Shown one piece after another: positions 9,443 through 21,035 of a stretch of DNA of 64,000 nt. Source of the stretch: Candidatus Giovannonibacteria bacterium. Its GTDB lineage: Bacteria > Patescibacteriota > Minisyncoccia > JACPKW01 > UBA11713. Position 1 is the first letter of the stretch; each line of letters opens with the position of its first letter. Both the position numbers and the translations under genes were made by a program. Below the pieces are notes generated by a model, which saw nothing but the letters and a program-made list of their open reading frames with translations, had not been told where the DNA came from and searched no databases. Location: assembly GCA_016186825.1 (NCBI GenBank), contig JACPKW010000004.1, positions 64,428 through 128,427 on the forward strand, written 5' to 3'.

Positions 9443-9506
9443 TTCGACTTTTGTTTTAGAGTCTACCTAAAACTAAAAAGTCGAAAAAAATGGGTGGAGG
9501 AAAAAA

Positions 9507-9818
9507 ATGAACGGATTAGAGAAAATAACTGCTGTGAGATGGAACAAGGAAGCTAGGAGGGTTGAGATAATTCCGGTGGGAGACTACAGTAATGAAGCAA
9601 TGAGGGAATTTCAAAAAGAAGCTCCCTCAACCCAAAACTACTGTGTTCTTATCGGCAATAACTCATCCGGGAAGCCTTCTATTTTTCTTATTCCGCGATT
9701 TCCGGCTCAAGGGGATTTGGCGCGACGAGAAATGTGTGCGTTGGTTCGCTGGTCGCAAGCTAGATTTGCTGCGCCAGTTATATTGGATTCAGAAATTCAA
9801 CGTTTTCTTGCAGCCTGA
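9507..9818 (+). CDS. hypothetical protein (103 aa)
   Basis: SD GGTGGAGG upstream; followed by hairpin GGCCGGC...GCTGGCC at about 9860-9890. Confidence 0.35.
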   Translation: MNGLEKITAVRWNKEARRVEIIPVGDYSNEAMREFQKEAPSTQNYCVLIGNNSSGKPSIFLIPRFPAQGDLARREMCALVRWSQARFAAPVILDSEIQRFLAA

Positions 9819-9959
9819 CCCCTTCCACCCCGAAAATAAGGTTTTGATATTAATACAAAAGGCCGGCATGTTACATCGCTGGCCTTTTGACTTTTTTGGA
9901 GACTTTGCTACGATTGTGGATGAGCCCTGCGGGGCTTTTAAAAAACTCAAAATTTAATA

Positions 9960-10145
9960 ATGATTTCGAGACTCACAAATTATTTAAAAGAAACAAGGTC
10001 AGAGCTTAAACACGTCAATTGGCCGAACAGAAAAAATACAGTCCGTTTTACAATTTTGGTAATCGGAATATCTCTTGCGGTTGCGATTTTTCTTGGGGCT
10101 CTGGATATTCTTTTCCAATTTTTATTAAAAAGGTTTGTTTTATAA
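9960..10145 (+). CDS. secE: preprotein translocase subunit SecE
   Basis: 61 aa, single C-terminal TM helix, ETRSELKHVNWP motif, immediately upstream of nusG. Confidence 0.7.
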   Translation: MISRLTNYLKETRSELKHVNWPNRKNTVRFTILVIGISLAVAIFLGALDILFQFLLKRFVL

Positions 10146-10197
10146 TTTGGCGACACGCGCAATTAACTATTTTACTACTTAACCATTTAACTAATTA

Positions 10198-10743
10198 ATG
10201 GCAAAGCAAACTGGAGAATTCGGGCGGAATTGGTATGCGGTGCATACTTATTCAGGATATGAAGACGCAGTTGCAAGAAACTTGCGGCAAAGAATTGAAT
10301 CATTGGGAATGGAAGACAAAATTTTCAATGTTTTAGTTCCGATTGAGAAGAAAATAAAAATCAAAGCAGGCAAAAGGCGCACGGTTGAAGAAAAAATTTA
10401 TCCCGGGTACGTGCTTGTAGAAATGGTTGTGACTGACGATTCATGGTATGTTGTTCGAAACACTCCGCGCGTGACCGGATTTGTTGGTTCAGGCACTACT
10501 CCGACGCCACTTTCTAGAGAAGAAGTTGACAGCCTGCTCGGCAAAATGAAATCGGAAGAGCCGAAATTCAAATTCGATGTTTCGATCGGCGATACCGTCA
10601 GAATTATTGACGGTCCATTCAAAGAATTCGAGGGGCGCGTTAACGACGTGGATGAAGCGCGCGGCAAGGTTAAAGTTCTTGTTTCGATGTTCGGACGCGA
10701 AACGCCTGTTGAACTTGATTTTTTGCAGGTAAAAAAGCTATAA
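10198..10743 (+). CDS. nusG: transcription termination/antitermination factor NusG
   Basis: NGN domain ([12 protein letters not shown]) and KOW motif ([16 protein letters not shown]). Confidence 0.9.
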   Translation: MAKQTGEFGRNWYAVHTYSGYEDAVARNLRQRIESLGMEDKIFNVLVPIEKKIKIKAGKRRTVEEKIYPGYVLVEMVVTDDSWYVVRNTPRVTGFVGSGTTPTPLSREEVDSLLGKMKSEEPKFKFDVSIGDTVRIIDGPFKEFEGRVNDVDEARGKVKVLVSMFGRETPVELDFLQVKKL

Positions 10744-10750
10744 ACAATTT

Positions 10751-11176
10751 ATGGCAAAACCGGTTAAAACAATTTTGAAATTACAATTACCAGCCGGAAA
10801 AGCGACGGCGGCTCCGCCAGTGGGGACCGCGCTCGGACCGCATGGAATTAATATCGGTGAGTTTGTTAAGAAATTTAACGCCGAGACCGCGCCGATGGGG
10901 GATTCAATTATTCCTGCCGAAATTACGATCTATGAAGACCGCAGTTTTACATTTGTACTAAAAACTTCTCCAGCGTCTGACCTTTTGAGAAAAGCGGCTG
11001 GCATTGAGAAAGGATCCGGCGATCCCTTGAAAACGAAAGTTGGAAAAGTAACGCGGGCGCAAATCCGTGAAATTGCCGAGAAAAAAATGGAGGACTTGAA
11101 TGCAAACGATGTTGATGCCGCGATGAAAATCGTCGAAGGTTCCGCCCGTTCGATGGGAATTGAAGTAACGAATTAA
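10751..11176 (+). CDS. rplK: 50S ribosomal protein L11
   Basis: [22 protein letters not shown] conserved L11 N-terminal domain. Confidence 0.95.
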   Translation: MAKPVKTILKLQLPAGKATAAPPVGTALGPHGINIGEFVKKFNAETAPMGDSIIPAEITIYEDRSFTFVLKTSPASDLLRKAAGIEKGSGDPLKTKVGKVTRAQIREIAEKKMEDLNANDVDAAMKIVEGSARSMGIEVTN

Positions 11177-11182
11177 TTTTTT

Positions 11183-11746
11183 ATGATTTTATCAGACCGT
11201 GACATTCAAACTCTAATAAAAAAACGGGAGTTAATTTTTAAACCGTCGCTTTCTCCCAAACAAATCGGTCCGGCTTCAATCGACTTAAAGCTCGGGCCCG
11301 AATTCAAAGTTTTTCATACAAGTCGAGTGAGCCTTTTGGATCCAAAACAGGGGCTGCCGAAGGATTTTATGGATACTCATATACTCAAGGGCGATGAGCC
11401 TTTCATTCTTCATCCGAGCGATTTTGTACTCGCAAGCACAGTAGAATATATCGCGGTGCCGAATGGATATATCGTTAGAGCTGAAGGGAAAAGCACGCTT
11501 GCGCGAATGGGAATATTGGTGCACACGGCAGGTTTTGTTGATCCAGGATTTGAGGGGAACATTACTCTTGAGATTTCTAATCAATCCGATTTGGCAGTCG
11601 CGCTATATGCAGGAATGTATATATGTCAGATCGCGGTAGAAAAAATGAGCTCGCCTGCTGATGTTCCCTATAACAAGCGTAAAACATCGCTTTACGCAGG
11701 TTCTAAAGGAACAATTGAAGCAAAACCCAAGAATCTTTTTGAGTAA
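11183..11746 (+). CDS. dcd: dCTP deaminase
   Basis: MILSDRDI N-terminus, SLARMGILVHTAGFVDPGFEGNITLE matches Dcd/dUTPase-fold trimer motifs. Confidence 0.85.
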   Translation: MILSDRDIQTLIKKRELIFKPSLSPKQIGPASIDLKLGPEFKVFHTSRVSLLDPKQGLPKDFMDTHILKGDEPFILHPSDFVLASTVEYIAVPNGYIVRAEGKSTLARMGILVHTAGFVDPGFEGNITLEISNQSDLAVALYAGMYICQIAVEKMSSPADVPYNKRKTSLYAGSKGTIEAKPKNLFE

Positions 11747-11810
11747 TAGTTTATACACTTCCGAAAATAGTAATTTTTATTTACGATAAAGTTCCTATGA
11801 GGAACTTTTT

Positions 11811-12449
11811 ATGTCTCTTTTCATAGCTTTCGAAGGTATAGACAAGTCCGGCAAAGAAGCGCAGGCGACTATGCTTAAGGAATTTCTTCGTGAAGAAGGA
11901 CTTGAAGTGGTCTTATTTTCGGAGCCGAATTATCAAGCGCCGCTCGGTAATATAATCGGGAGTATTCTTCGGGGCGAGACTCCGATGCCCGAAAATTTTG
12001 AATTACAGCGCATGTATGTTCTCGACCGCGGCGAAAATATCTTAGTGATTGTAAAACCGGCCCTAGAACGGGGAGCTATTGTAATTTCTGACAGGAATTT
12101 TCTTTCCACTGTGGCTTACGGCATGCTTTCGGGGCGTCCGGCTGAGGATTATATCAAACTTCATCATGACGTTTTGGGAGCGCATTTAAAAGTTCCCGAC
12201 CTTACTTTTTATATTGATATTTCATCGGAAGAATGCGTTCGAAGGATGAAAAAAATGGAAGCGACGCCGGATTTTTTTGAAAGAGTTTCTGAAAATCAGA
12301 AAAAAGTCCGCCAAAATTATTTAAAACTTTGCCAGCGGAAGGATCTCGGTGAAATTTATATAGTAAACGGCGAGCGCGCTCGCGAAGAAGTTTTCAATCA
12401 AATAAAAGAAATCGTTCGTTCAAAACTGAATATCAAACAAACAGTCTAA
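11811..12449 (+). CDS. tmk: thymidylate kinase
   Basis: P-loop FIAFEGIDKSGK, DR(Y/F) and lid regions typical of dTMP kinase. Confidence 0.85.
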   Translation: MSLFIAFEGIDKSGKEAQATMLKEFLREEGLEVVLFSEPNYQAPLGNIIGSILRGETPMPENFELQRMYVLDRGENILVIVKPALERGAIVISDRNFLSTVAYGMLSGRPAEDYIKLHHDVLGAHLKVPDLTFYIDISSEECVRRMKKMEATPDFFERVSENQKKVRQNYLKLCQRKDLGEIYIVNGERAREEVFNQIKEIVRSKLNIKQTV

Positions 12450-12471
12450 TTTTAAAAAGGAGGGGAGTGAA

Positions 12472-13116
12472 ATGGTCGATTATAGACACTGGAAACTGAT
12501 TCAGTGGCAGCGAGAGCTCGGGTTCAAACGAAATGGGGCAAAAAGGCGCTGGACGAGATCTGATTATCTGCTACACGTTGTTTCAAACCTCGGGAGTATT
12601 TGCGAGACTTTAAGAAAGCAAGAACGGCATGAGACGATCGATTTATTACCGGAGCTTTTCATAAGCCTTCTTGTTTTCGCAAACGTTTCGAAAATAAATC
12701 TGCAAGAAGCGGCATGGCGCAAATATCCGGGAGTTTGCCCGAGTTGCCTCGAACGGCAGGACTGCAACTGTATTCGACGCGAGAAGGTAATTCGAACAGA
12801 CGCAGATCTTGACCCATACCGTCAATCTCGCCGCCTTATGCCCGAAACGCTTGATGATTGGCAGCTGATGTCATCGAAAATTTTTGGAAAACAAAACCAG
12901 GTCCAATGGCGGGAAAAAATTTGGTATCACTTCGAAGAGGAGGTCGGCGAAATTGCAAAAGCCTTGCTCTTTCAAGGGCCGCGCGAACTTTCAGATGAGC
13001 TCGCCGATGCTTTTGCGTGGTACGTCGCTTTCTCTAACAGAATGGCCGTCAGTATCACAAACTTGCTCGTCGCAAAATTTTTTTCGCACAGCTACTCGCT
13101 TGCGAAAATTGCGTAA
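12472..13116 (+). CDS. MazG-like nucleoside triphosphate pyrophosphohydrolase with internal Cys-rich (CPSC...CNC) insert
   Basis: EEEVGEIAKAL and ELADAFAWYVAF match the MazG EExxE/ExxD metal-binding helices. Confidence 0.5.
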   Translation: MVDYRHWKLIQWQRELGFKRNGAKRRWTRSDYLLHVVSNLGSICETLRKQERHETIDLLPELFISLLVFANVSKINLQEAAWRKYPGVCPSCLERQDCNCIRREKVIRTDADLDPYRQSRRLMPETLDDWQLMSSKIFGKQNQVQWREKIWYHFEEEVGEIAKALLFQGPRELSDELADAFAWYVAFSNRMAVSITNLLVAKFFSHSYSLAKIA

Positions 13117-13220
13117 TGGGCGTTTTTATGGGTCTTGCTGCATCGAATGCGGCAGGACCCTTGTTTTTTTATTGAGCGGTTGCTAGCTTTAAGAAAATTC
13201 TGAAACGGAGGAAATAGTTC

Positions 13221-14912
13221 ATGAACAATTCAAGATATCAGCCGGATTTCCGTCCGGATGAATGGTCTGATGAAGATAGGCGGCTTTTATATCCTTTTGT
13301 GACAAACCTCGACGGGCTCGTCACGGTGTTACGAAATATGCCCCCGGAAATGGTGGGTGCGCTCTGTTCGAGAGCAAGCCGGGCAAACGGGTATTTGCTT
13401 CGAGTTTTGCTCGACGAATATCTTTACCCAGTGTTGCGGGGCGAAAACAAAGCTGAAGCAGCGGAGCTCGAAGCCGTGATCGATTTTTATCACAAACATG
13501 GCGTAACGTCGGCGCTTAACAGTGACCGTGCCCGAAAGTTTTATGCAAGAAATCACGCAGGGTATGGTGACGAGTCGGTGGCGCAGATGACGGGGACGCA
13601 TTTCGTCCTGTGGGGAGTTTCGCAAGTTGCGATGAAGCTACTTGAAGATTCCCGTATCGGCGCGGCTCCGCAGGAAAAATCAACCAGAATGGTTGACTTT
13701 ACAAAGAAGGTTCAGGGCAAGTACTTGTATTACACCGACCCGGATATTGTTCAAGCGAGACTCGGGGACGAATACAAGCTCGTCAATGATCGTCTTTTCG
13801 CGAGGAACGCCGAAATGGTAGATCTGCTTAAGGACAGGTTCGCGAAAAAGTTTCCGGACGTGCCGAAGTCGGTGATCGAAAAAAAGGCATTCGATACGGC
13901 GCGCGGTTTTTTGCCGATGTCCACGCTTGGACAGGTTGCTTTTGATGTAAATGGCCAGGCGGCGGAATACATGATTAACAAGTATCGAAAGCACGGCCTC
14001 GGCGAAATGCGTTGGATAACCGAGGCTCTCGAGAGAGAGCTTGATTGCGAAATCCCGTCTCTGCTTTACCGACTCAAAGAAACTGATCCGGGCCGTCTCC
14101 AGAAACTTGAGGATTATCAGATGTATCTCGCGACGAGAATATCGCGGATTGAGCCATTGGCGCGTGAACTTTTCGATAAATATCAGCTCCCTTGGCGCGG
14201 TCGGCCGACTTCAACGGTCAAGCTCGTCGATAATGATGTTTACGGGGAAGTGAACATTATCGCTGGGATTCTTTTCCCCGCGAGTGAGCAGTCGCTCCAA
14301 AATCTTATTGTGGCTGTTCGCTCCATGACTCCGGAGGAGCGGTGCCGGATTCTTCTGAAATACGTTGAAGGCAGGACCGAGCGCTGGCAGAAAGTCGGAA
14401 GGGCTTTTGAAAACGCCTTCGTAACCTACGAGATTTTGGTAAACGGGGGCGCTTACCGCGATATCCACCGCCATCGTCTACTTACTCAAGAACGCCAGTA
14501 TTTTACTACACAGTTGGGATATGACGTGCCTGTCGAAATTGCCGAGCTTAGGCTTGCTGAGCTGGTCCATCAAGCCATGGAGTGGATGGAAACGCTTTGG
14601 CAAAAAGTTGCAAACGAGCTGGACCGGGAGCATGCTCAATACTGCTCGACTCTCTTCCATCGCGTGCGATTTTACCAAAAAGAAAACCTGCGCGAAGCTT
14701 TCTGGGAAATAGAACTTCGGACAAAACCGGACGGTCACCCGGATTATCGAAAGATTGAGCAGGAAAAATATCGCCTGCTCAAGGAAGCTTATCCGGGAAT
14801 CGCAAAGTTCATGCTGGCGGACTTAAACGAGTATGACTTCGCGAGACGCGGCATGGAGGAGCGCGCTGCAGGGAAGATCGAAAGGCTTGAAAAGCTCCTT
14901 GGAAAGAAGTGA
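13221..14912 (+). CDS. ThyX-like (flavin-dependent thymidylate synthase family) protein, long 563 aa form, divergent
   Basis: N-terminal PEMVGALCSRASRAN and C-terminal half with RDIHRHRLLTQERQYFT resemble the ThyX fold and RHR motif, but the canonical Ser of RHRx7S is not evident; operon context dcd-tmk-mazG. Confidence 0.4.
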   Translation: MNNSRYQPDFRPDEWSDEDRRLLYPFVTNLDGLVTVLRNMPPEMVGALCSRASRANGYLLRVLLDEYLYPVLRGENKAEAAELEAVIDFYHKHGVTSALNSDRARKFYARNHAGYGDESVAQMTGTHFVLWGVSQVAMKLLEDSRIGAAPQEKSTRMVDFTKKVQGKYLYYTDPDIVQARLGDEYKLVNDRLFARNAEMVDLLKDRFAKKFPDVPKSVIEKKAFDTARGFLPMSTLGQVAFDVNGQAAEYMINKYRKHGLGEMRWITEALERELDCEIPSLLYRLKETDPGRLQKLEDYQMYLATRISRIEPLARELFDKYQLPWRGRPTSTVKLVDNDVYGEVNIIAGILFPASEQSLQNLIVAVRSMTPEERCRILLKYVEGRTERWQKVGRAFENAFVTYEILVNGGAYRDIHRHRLLTQERQYFTTQLGYDVPVEIAELRLAELVHQAMEWMETLWQKVANELDREHAQYCSTLFHRVRFYQKENLREAFWEIELRTKPDGHPDYRKIEQEKYRLLKEAYPGIAKFMLADLNEYDFARRGMEERAAGKIERLEKLLGKK

Positions 14913-15001
14913 GGATTTTTGGAAAAAGGGCTGGACTCAACATCCAGCTCTTTTTAATTCATCAATCAATCTTTTTCCCTCATTTTTATCGTTTTTAAGA
15001 T

Positions 15002-15037
15002 GGCCTCATCTTTACGCTATAGCGTAAAGATGAGGCC
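15002..15037. repeat. 36 bp perfect palindrome GGCCTCATCTTTACGCTATAGCGTAAAGATGAGGCC
   Basis: Exact self-complementarity between ThyX-like gene and secD; no U-tract on either side. Confidence 0.9.
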
Positions 15038-15141
15038 TATGTAAATAAGAGATTTGAATAGATAGGCATTGAAGATAAAAATAAAAAATGATAGTCTAAA
15101 AAACAATCCGATAATTTTTATAAAATATCTCGGATGCATTT

Positions 15142-16461
15142 ATGGCAAAATACAGATTGTTTGCTATCGGTTTCTTAATTTTAGGCCTCATCGCGGGATT
15201 TTTTGCATCCGCGAATTTTTTAAACTTCACGCCCAATTTTCTAAAACTGCCTTTTCGGTTGGGGCTCGATCTCCAGGGCGGGACGCATTTGGTTTACAAA
15301 GCGGATACTTCGCAAATTCCTCCTTCGCAGTCTTCGGAAGCTGTTTCCGGTTTGCGCGATGTTATTGAGAGGCGCGTAAATCTTTTTGGAATTACAGAAC
15401 CGGTCGTGCAGACGGAAAAAAGGGGATCGGAAGACCGCCTGATTGTTGAGCTTGCCGGGGTTTTTGATGTAAACCGCGCGATTCAGATTATCGGTGAGAC
15501 GCCGTTTTTGGAATTCCGAACGCTTGCGCCCGGAGTAGACTTTGCTGAAATTCAGAGAAAACAGGAAGCGGGAGAACAAATTAATATTCTCGAATTCTAT
15601 GCCCCCACTCCTTTAAACGGGCGCTATCTTCGCGATGCGGCGCTTGATTTCAACCAGAATTCGCTTGAGCCTGTTGTCGTGATCCGATTCAATGACGAGG
15701 GCTCGAAACTTTTTGCCCAGATTACGAAAGAAAATGTCGGAAAGCCGGTCGCGATATTTTTGGACGGGCTTCCGATTTCAGCGCCGATCGTGAGAGAAGA
15801 AATTACGCAAGGGACGGCGGAAATTTCCGGGCGCTTTACGCCCGATGAAGCGCGCACGCTTGTTAGGCGCCTGAACTCCGGAGCGCTCCCAGTCCCAATC
15901 TCGCTTGTTTCCCAGCAGACGATCGGCCCGACCTTGGGTGCGGAATCTCTTACGAAAATGATCAGAGCGGGAGTTTACGGAACTTTGCTTGTCGCAATAT
16001 TTTTGGTTATTTTTTACCGTCTTCCCGGAATCGCCGCTGTTGTGGCGCTTGGAATTTACACTGCAATTCTTCTCGCCATTTTTAAATTGTTTGGCGTAAC
16101 GCTAACAGCAGCGGGAATCGCCGGCGTGATTCTTTCTATCGGGATGGCAGTGGATGCAAACATTTTGATATTCGAGAGAACACGTGAGGAATTGCGTCTT
16201 GGAAAAACGCTTAGGGCCGCTGTTGAAGAAGGTTTTTCGCGCGCCTGGCTTTCCATTCGCGATTCAAATGTTTCGAGTTTGATTACCTGCGCGATTCTTT
16301 TCTGGTTTGGAACGAGCATCGTGCAGGGTTTCGCGCTGACGCTCGGAATCGGAATTCTCGCGAGCATGTTTTCAGCAATTACCATAACCCGCACATTCCT
16401 GCGCGCGCTTGAACTTAAAGAATCAACGATGATTAGAAAATTATTCGGAGCACGAGCATAA
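15142..16461 (+). CDS. secD: protein translocase subunit SecD
   Basis: LGLDLQGGTHLVY periplasmic domain motif plus C-terminal 6 TM SSD-like region. Confidence 0.9.
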   Translation: MAKYRLFAIGFLILGLIAGFFASANFLNFTPNFLKLPFRLGLDLQGGTHLVYKADTSQIPPSQSSEAVSGLRDVIERRVNLFGITEPVVQTEKRGSEDRLIVELAGVFDVNRAIQIIGETPFLEFRTLAPGVDFAEIQRKQEAGEQINILEFYAPTPLNGRYLRDAALDFNQNSLEPVVVIRFNDEGSKLFAQITKENVGKPVAIFLDGLPISAPIVREEITQGTAEISGRFTPDEARTLVRRLNSGALPVPISLVSQQTIGPTLGAESLTKMIRAGVYGTLLVAIFLVIFYRLPGIAAVVALGIYTAILLAIFKLFGVTLTAAGIAGVILSIGMAVDANILIFERTREELRLGKTLRAAVEEGFSRAWLSIRDSNVSSLITCAILFWFGTSIVQGFALTLGIGILASMFSAITITRTFLRALELKESTMIRKLFGARA

Positions 16462-16474
16462 ACATTAAATTTTT

Positions 16475-17374
16475 ATGAATTTAATTCGAGCAAGAAAATT
16501 TACATACGCGATCTCGATAATTTTGGTTCTCGCAAGCATTGTCGCGCTCTCCGTTTATAAATTGAAACTCGGAATTGACTTTACGGGAGGAGCGATTTTG
16601 GAAGCGGAGTATGATCTGTCAACTGGCGGATTTCCTGAAATTCAAAAAGTTCAAGAGAAAATGTCGAGCTTGGGTTTGGGGGACGTGAGAGTGCAGAGAG
16701 CAGGCGAGCGGGGTGTGATTGTCCGCACACGCGATTTGTCCGAAGAAGAACACCAAAAAGTTTCAACTGCCCTTATGCAGTTTGGGAAAGCGAAAGAACT
16801 TCGGTTTGATTCAATCGGCCCCACGATCGGTCGCGAACTTCGAAATCGCTCGCTCTGGGCGATTCTCGGAGTTTTAGTCATGATCGTTCTTTACATAGCT
16901 TGGGCTTTTCGAAAAGTTTCAAAACCCGTGTCCTCGTGGTTTTACGGACTGTTCGCGGTTGTTGCGCTTTTCCATGATATTTTGATTCCGCTCGGCGTAT
17001 TTTCGATTTTGGGAAAATTTAAGGGAGTTGAAATTGATACCTTGTTTGTAACTGCGATCCTTACCGTGCTCGGTTTTTCGATTCATGACACGATTGTTGT
17101 TTTCGACCGAGTCCGCGAAAATTTGCGCATTCAGAATAAGACCGAAACTTTTGAAGAAACTGTCGGGCGCTCGCTTTCGCAGACTTTGACGCGCTCGATC
17201 AACACCTCGCTTACGGTGTTTATTGTGCTTGTGGCGCTTTTCTTTGTTGGATCCGAATCCACAAAATATTTTTCACTCGCACTTATCATCGGCGTTATCT
17301 CCGGAACATATTCATCAATTTTTATCGCGTCTTCGCTCCTGGTTACGTGGAATAACTTCAGGTCGCGAGCATAG
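16475..17374 (+). CDS. secF: protein translocase subunit SecF
   Basis: GIDFTGGAILEAEYD motif, 6 TM helices, adjacent to secD. Confidence 0.9.
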   Translation: MNLIRARKFTYAISIILVLASIVALSVYKLKLGIDFTGGAILEAEYDLSTGGFPEIQKVQEKMSSLGLGDVRVQRAGERGVIVRTRDLSEEEHQKVSTALMQFGKAKELRFDSIGPTIGRELRNRSLWAILGVLVMIVLYIAWAFRKVSKPVSSWFYGLFAVVALFHDILIPLGVFSILGKFKGVEIDTLFVTAILTVLGFSIHDTIVVFDRVRENLRIQNKTETFEETVGRSLSQTLTRSINTSLTVFIVLVALFFVGSESTKYFSLALIIGVISGTYSSIFIASSLLVTWNNFRSRA

Positions 17375-17505
17375 CATGAACAAAATGCTTCTTAAGACTC
17401 GGCGCAAGAGAGGGGCATTCCACATCTCTCCCTAATTTCAATTTGGCCTCACGGCCTGCGGGATCCCTCTCTTGAGGCCTCCCTATAAGAAGCATTTTGT
17501 TCATG
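17375..17505. other. structured element: 20 bp perfect inverted repeat (CATGAACAAAATGCTTCTTA / TAAGAAGCATTTTGTTCATG) enclosing a ~91 nt hairpin-rich core
   Basis: Arms are exact reverse complements; core contains GAGAG/CTCTC and GGCCTCA/TGAGGCC hairpins and a GGGATCCC palindrome; starts 1 nt after secF stop. Confidence 0.6.
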
Positions 17506-17540
17506 GTCTTGAACTACCTAGTAGAAACTTCACGACCTGT

Positions 17541-17568
17541 TTGACAAGTTATATGACTCGAGTATACT
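17541..17568 (+). promoter_or_regulatory. sigma70-like promoter TTGACA-16nt-TATACT
   Basis: Consensus -35, near-consensus -10, 16 nt spacer, about 190 nt upstream of rpoB. Confidence 0.5.
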
Positions 17569-17658
17569 AAAGGCACGATTGTGTCACGGGTGATACTTAC
17601 TCGTTAAAAAAGTACGAGTGGCAACCCATAAAACGAAATAGCTAAATATAGAGTAGAG

Positions 17659-17700
17659 CTCCCTCAAGACGGCATATAGAGGGGGTTTTTGCTTGTTTTT
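17659..17700 (+). terminator. intrinsic terminator-like hairpin + U-tract (possible attenuator before rpoB)
   Basis: CTCCCTC...GAGGGGG stem followed by TTTTTGCTTGTTTTT. Confidence 0.45.
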
Positions 17701-17757
17701 GGTTGTTTTTTCCAACTTTTATATCTAATTTTTTAAAGGAGTTTAAATTATAAAACC

Positions 17758-20973
<3,216 letters not shown>

Positions 20974-21035
20974 TCATGGACGGGCGCAATTTTTACAAAA
21001 ATTTTTATCGTTAAACTCAATAATTTTTAAAAATT

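Noticed and set aside
12884-13186. 100 aa ORF overlapping the 3' end of the MazG-like gene
   Set aside because: Alternate frame of a gene with recognisable MazG helices; no independent signals
17223-17435. 70 aa ORF spanning the secF 3' end into the structured element
   Set aside because: Overlaps secF in another frame and runs through the 20 bp inverted repeat; not credible as coding
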